Positions 54,627 through 60,643 of a stretch of DNA of 60,643 bases are shown piece by piece. This DNA is from an archaeon. GTDB lineage: Archaea; Thermoplasmatota; Thermoplasmata; JAJSAE01. The stretch's first letter is position 1; each line of letters opens with the position of its first letter. The notes under the pieces are model-generated. The model saw only the letters and a program-made list of their open reading frames with translations, ran no database searches and was not told the DNA's origin. The DNA is taken from positions 1 to 60,643 of the forward strand of contig JAJSAE010000060.1 in NCBI GenBank assembly GCA_024281315.1, given 5' to 3'. The translations under genes were made by a program, and so were the position numbers.

Positions 54627-55028
54627 CTATGTGAATCTTGTGCCGCAGTACGGGCAAATAAGGCTGTCTTCCGGTATTTTCCTGCCGCAGTTCGGGCAGT
54701 GTCTCCCCCTTGCCATGTACTCCTGCCGCATTCTGGCCACCTGAGCGTATTTTTCGGTTGCAATACTCCTCGCAAGCATTACGGCCCCTGCAATCAGAAT
54801 TATCGGTGCGACAACGAGGCACAGGATAAAAACGGGAAATACGACGCTCATGTCCATCCCGTGGAGTATGCCGTAAAGGTCAAAAAACAGCCCTCCTATC
54901 AGAATGCCGAATCCGAGGAGGACAAGGGCGATTGCTCTGGATTTCTTCGGCGCTCTGGACCCCGACACAATCCAGGGGGACTGCATCGCTCCACCGGCCG
55001 GAATAGCCTGCCCGTCTGTTTGTTCCAT
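54627..55028 (-). CDS. Membrane protein with a C-terminal zinc ribbon
   Basis: 133 aa with 2 TM segments and CPNCG...CPYCG. 38 nt upstream of cas6 on the same strand. Confidence 0.55.
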   Translation of the reverse strand: MEQTDGQAIPAGGAMQSPWIVSGSRAPKKSRAIALVLLGFGILIGGLFFDLYGILHGMDMSVVFPVFILCLVVAPIILIAGAVMLARSIATEKYAQVARMRQEYMARGRHCPNCGRKIPEDSLICPYCGTRFT

Positions 55029-55117
55029 GGATCTATTTAGGAGGAACTGCTATAAATCCTTTCTCCGTCGAGATGCGAGGGAAAGTCGGCCGCTTAAGCG
55101 AGAAATAGAGAAACGGG

Positions 55118-55675
55118 TCAGTAGGCGATGGATTCCAGCCCGTACTCGGCCAGCTTTATGTCCTTCCTCTTCCTTTCCAGATATCGATACACAGTGGAGT
55201 GTTCGCTCCCGCTGAGCAGCATATCAACCGCGTTCTTGGCAATGGTGAGTTCCATGAGCGGCCCGATGATTGCCACGGTGTTTCCGTAAACCGACATATT
55301 GACCTCTGCCGTCTCCTCTATCTTCTTCCGTGTCTTCCCGTTGGAGCCGATTATTCTGGCCCTCATCCTTCGTACATGGTTGTTCTTCTTCCCCACATAA
55401 TCCCTGATGTCCAGCATCTCCATGTAGAAGTCGTCCCTGAGGAGATAGAAGGCCTTTTTCGGGGAGAATCCGCGGGCTATGGCCTTCACTATGTCTCTGG
55501 CCTTCAATGCGAGAACAGGGTCCTTCGCCCCGCTCTCGTCTATCTCCACCTCTCCCTCCTCCGAATTTATGCGGAGCCGGACACCTGTCTGCCGCTCAAT
55601 GCTGGCTCTGACCCTGCCCTCCTGACCGATGAGGACTGCAACGCGCTCCAGAGGTATTTTTACATAGAAGGTCAT
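55118..55675 (-). CDS. KH-domain RNA-binding protein (Dim2/Pno1-like)
   Basis: 185 aa with two KH-like units (LIGQEGRVRASIERQTG and IIGSNGKTRKKIEE). Confidence 0.8.
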   Translation of the reverse strand: MTFYVKIPLERVAVLIGQEGRVRASIERQTGVRLRINSEEGEVEIDESGAKDPVLALKARDIVKAIARGFSPKKAFYLLRDDFYMEMLDIRDYVGKKNNHVRRMRARIIGSNGKTRKKIEETAEVNMSVYGNTVAIIGPLMELTIAKNAVDMLLSGSEHSTVYRYLERKRKDIKLAEYGLESIAY

Positions 55676-55965
55676 CTCTATCGCTCCCTAACCTGTAATA
55701 GTTGTATTTAAAAATGTCGCTCCGAATGGGGGCTGTGGAGTACGAAAATTATTTTGCCATAGTTTAAAGAGGGAAGGAAGCGTTATCCGATGTGACGAAA
55801 TAAGCAATAAAAAATTAAGATAGATGATGCGATACTGCACTGAAATTAGATATTTCGGCAGGATTGGGGCGGAGCGAATACAAAAATAAAGAAGATTAAC
55901 GAATGAATAAGGAGCGCCCCCTCGAATTGCTTTGCATTCCGTTATCCAAACACTTCCATCTCAGT

Positions 55966-56994
55966 CTACCCAAGTCTCTCCTCAATAACCCTCACAACCT
56001 CTTCTATGCCCTCCCCCGTGGTTGAGGATATGCTTATTACGCCTTCCCTTTCCTTCACACCGAATTCTCTCCACATGTCCACCTTATTGTGCAGGATAAC
56101 AATCTCTCTGCCGCCAAAGACCTCTCCTATGCCCGATAACAGCGAGTTCTGGTATTCCATGTCGTACCCGCAGGTCTCGGACGGGTCGAACACAAAGAGG
56201 ATAAGCGCATCCAGATGCCGTAGCGCGGTTATGGCCTGAAGTTCGATTGCGTTCCTCTCCTCCATCGGCCTGTCGAGGATGCCAGGAGTGTCTATTATCT
56301 GCACCCTCCGCACATTTCTCCCCTCGCCCACATCCCTGTGGCCCAGCAGAATTCCCTTGGTTGTAAAGGGGTACGAAGCAACTTCCGGGCTTGCGGATGA
56401 AAGGTGCGAAACAAGCAGGCTCTTTCCCACATTCGGGGCCCCGGCAACCACCACAATGGGGGCGGATGTGTCTATATCCGGCAGTGCCCTCATGGTATTT
56501 CTCACTCTGTTGAGAAAGAGCAGTTCCGGGTCTATTCTCTCAATTATTGAGGAGATTCTCCCGTAGGCCGCCTTTCGTATCCTTATTATTTCTGCAACAT
56601 CGTCGGACATCTTTATCTCTCTCACGGCCCCTCTGGATATCTTCTGCACCATATCTGAGGCCCATTGAAGGTTCTTCAGGGAGCGGTCCATCTTTTCGAT
56701 GCCCCCCAGTGCGGCGTCCATGAGTTCCCTGTAAAATGGCTCCATTTCCTCCGATTTCGGGAAGGAGCGGATATACTTGGAAAAGGTGGACTGAACGATA
56801 TTGCTCACCGAGTCCAGTTTGGTTATGGAGAGCTTTCTCTCGTACCTTACCCTATTTCTGTCGCTCACCTCCACCTTTGCGGCGCGACCCATGGCCTTGT
56901 CGAGCAGTTCCGATGCGGTTAGCACCGTGGGAATTTTGTTGTACACAATGCACCCATTCCCCTGCAGTTCATAAAACTTCCGCAGCACTTTCAC
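55966..56994 (-). CDS. NOG1-family GTPase
   Basis: 342 aa. G1 GAPNVGKS, G2 region FTT, G3 DTPG, NKVD. N-terminal NOG1-type helical domain. Confidence 0.85.
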   Translation of the reverse strand: MKVLRKFYELQGNGCIVYNKIPTVLTASELLDKAMGRAAKVEVSDRNRVRYERKLSITKLDSVSNIVQSTFSKYIRSFPKSEEMEPFYRELMDAALGGIEKMDRSLKNLQWASDMVQKISRGAVREIKMSDDVAEIIRIRKAAYGRISSIIERIDPELLFLNRVRNTMRALPDIDTSAPIVVVAGAPNVGKSLLVSHLSSASPEVASYPFTTKGILLGHRDVGEGRNVRRVQIIDTPGILDRPMEERNAIELQAITALRHLDALILFVFDPSETCGYDMEYQNSLLSGIGEVFGGREIVILHNKVDMWREFGVKEREGVISISSTTGEGIEEVVRVIEERLG

Positions 56995-57057
56995 CGACCC
57001 CTGCTACTAAACCTTAAATATAGAGAGAACATTCTAATTTCTGAAAAAGGTGATCTA

Positions 57058-57327
57058 ATGAAAAAAATCTCGAAAGACGATAATGCTTGGATATATCTAA
57101 TAACCAATCCAATAATTCTCGGAGCTATCGCCGTAGTAATTATTGCAATAATAATCTGGTTAACGGCCGCAACTCCAGGACTTGCACTTATTGGTTTTAT
57201 TCTTCTAATAGCGCCATTCGGCTCCGTAGGTCCCATAAAAATATACTTCCCAAAGGGGATTTATATTATAAGTCCGGTTGGCTTCGCTCTACTCCTCATA
57301 GGATACTTCGGAATATTTAATCTATAA
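57058..57327 (+). CDS. Small hypothetical membrane protein
   Basis: 89 aa with 3 hydrophobic segments. AT-rich. Confidence 0.4.
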   Translation: MKKISKDDNAWIYLITNPIILGAIAVVIIAIIIWLTAATPGLALIGFILLIAPFGSVGPIKIYFPKGIYIISPVGFALLLIGYFGIFNL

Positions 57328-57444
57328 CCCCCAGCAAGACAAAAAGCCAATACTCAACTGAAAAAGAAAAGACTACCTTGTGCCAAAATACTTTCACTCA
57401 CCCCCTCTGTCAACAGAGATATACCTCCCCAGCGATGGAGCGGT

Positions 57445-57588
57445 ATGAACGAGAACACCCCAAAACGGGAGCACCACTCCGCGAGAGATGCGAGGAGCGG
57501 AAAGGGGTGCCCGGTCTGCGGCGGCCCCCTCGTCCACGCCGAGGGCTGCCTGAAGTGCCTCTACTGCGGGTACGGACTGTGTGATTAG
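57445..57588 (+). CDS. Small zinc-ribbon protein (47 aa), not in the ORF track
   Basis: Hand translation: MNENTPKREHHSARDARSGKGCPVCGGPLVHAEGCLKCLYCGYGLCD-stop. CPxCG-x9-CxxCxxCG pattern. Confidence 0.4.
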   Translation: MNENTPKREHHSARDARSGKGCPVCGGPLVHAEGCLKCLYCGYGLCD

Positions 57589-57601
57589 AGAAGAAAGAGG
57601 G

Positions 57602-58801
57602 TCAGCGATTGAGTATGAAATAATCGGCGTACTCAGTGCTGGACCGGAACCTGTCAAGCACTTCCCTGAGAGGATTCGCAAAGCGGTATCTCCTCCCCCT
57701 CGTGTTGCCGCTCGCCACGAGCAGACCGGCATTGACCAGTTCATTCAGCCTTCTCCTCACGGTTTCATACCCGACCCCATCTACCCAGCTGTTCGCCTCT
57801 CCTACCGTAAACGCTCCACCGGTCTCCCTTGCCCAAAGAACTATTCTCAGCGAAGTCTCGTCAAGACCCTTTCCCAGGAAGTCTCTCTCTGAAAAGTACT
57901 TATCCGCCGCTCTGTATCCCTCAAGAATGGCGGAGGAAACAAAATCTATAAGAACGGAATAATCGCCCTTTTCGTCGGTCCATCCCAGAAGGGAGTAATA
58001 GAGCTCAGGGTCCCTTAAAATATTCTCCTCAATCATGCACAGGTGAATGTTCGAAAGAGATCTCTGCAGGTAGGCCCTCAACAGAAACCGCCCGATACGC
58101 CCATTTCCGTTCTCGAAGGGGTGGATGCTCTCAAACTCGTGAAAAAAGACCGTGGCCGCCACAATCGGGTCGTAGGCGGGAGCGCCTTCATTAACCCATT
58201 CGATTAGGGCCTTCATCTCCTTCTCGATATGCTCCGGAGGCGCCGCTATGAATGTCTCGAACCCGCTGTCCGTCTGGACGCTACTCTTCACGCTTCTATA
58301 CTCTCCCGCACCATCTATTACCCCTCTGAACATAAGGGAATGCAGCCTTGGAACCATCTCTTCGCTCCACGGAAGATTGAAGGCTCCGCCTATCATGAAA
58401 AGCAGGGCCGAGACATGATTGGAGACCTCAATATGCGCGGAATCCCTTTCTATCACCTCTTCTCCGGCGGTGCTTCTCCGTGTCAACCTCCGAACCTCGG
58501 ACTCGTCAAGGGGGTTCCCCTCTATCTTAGTGGAATAGTGTATGCTGGAAGCTAGAGCATCGTTGAAAAAGTCCATGTAATCATCTTCGCCCGGAAGAAA
58601 ACCGCCCATTCTGGAATCCATTTCCCTGATTTCCTTTACTCTGTCCGCATAATCCAGGGGTACCTTTATTGTCGGGCGAACCTTTCTTCTGTGCCGGACC
58701 GGATAACCGGACGGCCTGTAATCGCTGAATCTATAATCCTCTATTGTCATGGTTATTGAGACAATGAACCAGGACATATTTAAGTATTTCGGTATTGTCA
58801 A
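57602..58801 (-). CDS. Fic-family protein (AMPylase-type) with a C-terminal winged helix
   Basis: Fic motif HPFENGNGRIGR. The C-terminal VRRRLNELVNAGLLV is wHTH-like. Start uncertain (M1, M9 or M18). Confidence 0.85.
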   Translation of the reverse strand: MTIPKYLNMSWFIVSITMTIEDYRFSDYRPSGYPVRHRRKVRPTIKVPLDYADRVKEIREMDSRMGGFLPGEDDYMDFFNDALASSIHYSTKIEGNPLDESEVRRLTRRSTAGEEVIERDSAHIEVSNHVSALLFMIGGAFNLPWSEEMVPRLHSLMFRGVIDGAGEYRSVKSSVQTDSGFETFIAAPPEHIEKEMKALIEWVNEGAPAYDPIVAATVFFHEFESIHPFENGNGRIGRFLLRAYLQRSLSNIHLCMIEENILRDPELYYSLLGWTDEKGDYSVLIDFVSSAILEGYRAADKYFSERDFLGKGLDETSLRIVLWARETGGAFTVGEANSWVDGVGYETVRRRLNELVNAGLLVASGNTRGRRYRFANPLREVLDRFRSSTEYADYFILNR

Positions 58802-58893
58802 ACGAAATTGTGATAATAATTGCAGACATAACGCTCTCTCCCGCTTTCAGCCCGCGCAAAACCTTAATAAGTGGATATACACATACCCACGGG

Positions 58894-59847
58894 ATGAGAT
58901 TCCAAAAAAAGTGGCTCCTCCTTCCCGGTCTGATAATGCTCTTCGGCGGCCTCGATGTGCTGATTCTACTCAGCCATACCAGCCGCCTTGTCGGCCTCGC
59001 TTTGTTCATAATCGGAGGAGGAATGGTTTACTACTCCGCCGGAGGAATGATAAAAGAGGAGCAGGGGAACCTCGGCACAAAAATCATGAACGGCCTTACT
59101 CTGGACGGAAAGTTGCTCCCGCTATTTCCGGCCGCCGGCATATCCCTCATAATATTTGTAATCCTATTCAACCTCAGGGTTAGCGACTATTTAGATCTCG
59201 GCAGCCACGACTATGTGACGCTCCTTCTGGCAGGGACGCTTCTGGCCTATCGATACATCCCGAACAAGTATGATTTTGAAAGGGATTGGCTTCTCCTCTT
59301 CTTCACGCTTCTATTCTTCATACTTGTGGTCCCGCTGACGGTTCACGAGATTATGGTGGGAGGACTTAACGAAAACACGAACTCGCCCTTTGTTTACTAC
59401 CTTCTGGCGGAGCCCGTAGCCTCCCTTATCTCCGTTCTCGGTGTGCCGGCAGAGGCGTACATCAACCCGATGAGGGGGGTTGTGGTTAATTACCTACTTC
59501 AAAGCGGCGGTTCCGGAGAGGTGATAATAGGCATATCCTGTACCGGCCTCTACTCGGTGAGTATATTCATATCCGCATTCACCGCCTTCATCCTTCTGGA
59601 ATACAACAGACTGGACAGAAAGGTGGCTGTTCTTCTGACGGCAGGCGTAATAACCGCATATGTGGCAAACATCCTGAGAATGAGCATAATCGTCATGGTG
59701 GGGAGTTACTACGGCCCGGCTGCACTCCTATGGACACATAACAATCTTGGGACATTCATCTTTCTCGGCTGGATCACCCTATTCTGGGGGGTTGCCTACA
59801 GGTATCTGGATATAAGAAACGACATTGAGGAAAGGACAGAGGAATAG
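58894..59847 (+). CDS. Archaeosortase (exosortase/archaeosortase family transpeptidase)
   Basis: Polytopic membrane protein. Conserved Cys (GISCTGLYS), Arg (ANILRM) and His (THNNLG) in the family-typical order. The ATG at 58894 is preferred over the ORF-track start at 58795. Confidence 0.7.
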   Translation: MRFQKKWLLLPGLIMLFGGLDVLILLSHTSRLVGLALFIIGGGMVYYSAGGMIKEEQGNLGTKIMNGLTLDGKLLPLFPAAGISLIIFVILFNLRVSDYLDLGSHDYVTLLLAGTLLAYRYIPNKYDFERDWLLLFFTLLFFILVVPLTVHEIMVGGLNENTNSPFVYYLLAEPVASLISVLGVPAEAYINPMRGVVVNYLLQSGGSGEVIIGISCTGLYSVSIFISAFTAFILLEYNRLDRKVAVLLTAGVITAYVANILRMSIIVMVGSYYGPAALLWTHNNLGTFIFLGWITLFWGVAYRYLDIRNDIEERTEE

Positions 59848-59892
59848 TAATGACATGGGACTGCCCCTCGCCGTTAATGCTTATTTTCTGAT

Positions 59893-60525
59893 TTATAGCC
59901 CCCGATTCTCGAGTTTCCGGTTCATATAGTCCATCTTCTCTTCCAGCGCTCGGGACTGTATAGCCAGTGCGACATCTCCTCTCGTTTTGTCAAGGATTCC
60001 CCTTGCGATATCCTGCTTCCTCCTGACGGCAATTATGGCATCCGGATAGTTAAAGCGCATGATGGCGGAGAAAAGAGATTCCATCTGCTCAAGAAGACGG
60101 ACCGCGGCCTCCACCTTTCCGAGGCGCAGGGCATCCAAAAGGGCCCTCCTCAACTCCCCTATTACATCCCCCATCCCAAGAATGAAGGATGTGGAACTTA
60201 TGCCCATCTCTCTGGGTGTTTTCAGGGGACAGTCATAGAGAATGCTGTACAATATCTCTGCTTCGGCCATCTCCTGAAATGCGGTCTCAACATATCCCGC
60301 AGCATAGAGATCGGGATGTTCCGTCAAAAGGCTGCGAAGGGAAAGGACCTCCTCCTCTGCGGTTTGCATCGGGGTGGAAACATCCTCTTTCAGATGAATT
60401 CCGTGAATAATATCCCGGCACAATCTGGTTATGGAACGCCCGGATTTCAGGGCGATTTCCCTGACAGCGTCCTTCTCGTCCAGTTCTATCTGTATCTGCT
60501 CAATGGTGGCCTGAAGATTCTGCAT
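59893..60525 (-). CDS. Translin-family protein
   Basis: About 210 aa from MQNLQATIEQ. All-helical, with the GDVIGELRR motif typical of archaeal translin-like proteins. Confidence 0.6.
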   Translation of the reverse strand: MQNLQATIEQIQIELDEKDAVREIALKSGRSITRLCRDIIHGIHLKEDVSTPMQTAEEEVLSLRSLLTEHPDLYAAGYVETAFQEMAEAEILYSILYDCPLKTPREMGISSTSFILGMGDVIGELRRALLDALRLGKVEAAVRLLEQMESLFSAIMRFNYPDAIIAVRRKQDIARGILDKTRGDVALAIQSRALEEKMDYMNRKLENRGL

Positions 60526-60643
60526 GAAGGGGGAATGGTAAGGAGGCTTATAACACTTCTGGCATCTAAAGCCCCATCTTTTCCATGAGTTCCTCAATGC
60601 CCTTTTCGTGCTTTGCGTCCGTAAGAACAGGGGGCGCCCCGGG

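Noticed and set aside
54589-55117. att-like direct repeat of the tRNA-Asp 3' end at the far border of the CRISPR-Cas island
   Set aside because: I could not find a match to the 3' part of tRNA-Asp (GGATTCAAATTCCGTTCGGGGCG) in the border regions by eye, so integrase-mediated insertion is not supported. No integrase gene is present either.
55790-55860. C/D-box sRNA in the 290-bp intergenic region
   Set aside because: C-like (GATGTGA, GATGATG) and D-like (CTGA) boxes exist, but the box order and 12-nt guide spacing do not fit. It is kept only as a low-interest note.
57378-57744. ORF 57378-57584 (+) and ORF 57394-57744 (-)
   Set aside because: Both are Arg/Pro/Gly-rich with no motifs. The third frame gives a clean Zn-ribbon peptide, and the minus ORF also overlaps the 3' end of the Fic gene.

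Overview
This is a densely coding archaeal chromosomal window. By gene content it looks euryarchaeal, possibly Thermoplasmata/DHVE2-like, but that lineage call is inference only. Everything below comes from reading the sequence and the ORF track; no searches or computations were run, so family names are motif-based recognitions and GC statements are by eye.

**Positions 1-38 kb: mostly housekeeping.** Genes here are:
- an HPS/RraA-like fusion
- the L1-P0-P1 ribosomal operon
- tRNA-Phe(GAA), purB and a duplicated-type tRNA-splicing endonuclease
- iorAB and a gamma-delta-alpha-beta 2-oxoacid:ferredoxin oxidoreductase
- crcB plus DUF190, an XPD helicase and rpiA
- a 1254-aa protein with 8 zinc ribbons, an acidic region, TM helices and TPRs, overlapping a radical SAM gene
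- hutU followed by a ModE-HTH/NUDIX fusion, then pelota and a flippase
- a 957-aa LTD/PLD surface protein and a bactofilin
- a presenilin-type protease, an aIF2beta-TRAM fusion and an SPFH/NfeD pair

One visibly AT-rich single-gene islet (5260-6180) encodes a PD-(D/E)xK nuclease-like protein.

**Positions 38.1-54.6 kb: accessory CRISPR-Cas island.** This is the most interesting part.
- tRNA-Asp(GTC) is followed after 5 nt by a CRISPR array of 59 repeats and 58 spacers (30-bp repeat).
- The gene order then runs leader, cas2, cas1, cas4, cas3, cas5, cas7, a small Cas11-like ORF and cas8b.
- A frameshifted, N-terminally truncated cas6 pseudogene follows, and an intact cas6 lies further on.
- The interference cassette (cas8b to cas3) is visibly AT-rich and looks foreign. 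The adaptation genes and cas6 have host-like composition.
- Two paralogous AAA ATPase / wHTH / PD-(D/E)xK (DUF234-type) genes sit antisense at the module junctions.
- Two spacers derive from overlapping protospacers on opposite strands.

**Positions 54.6-60.6 kb.** This stretch holds a Zn-ribbon membrane protein, a KH (Dim2-like) protein, a NOG1-type GTPase, an unlisted 47-aa Zn-ribbon ORF, a Fic-wHTH protein, an archaeosortase and a translin-family protein.
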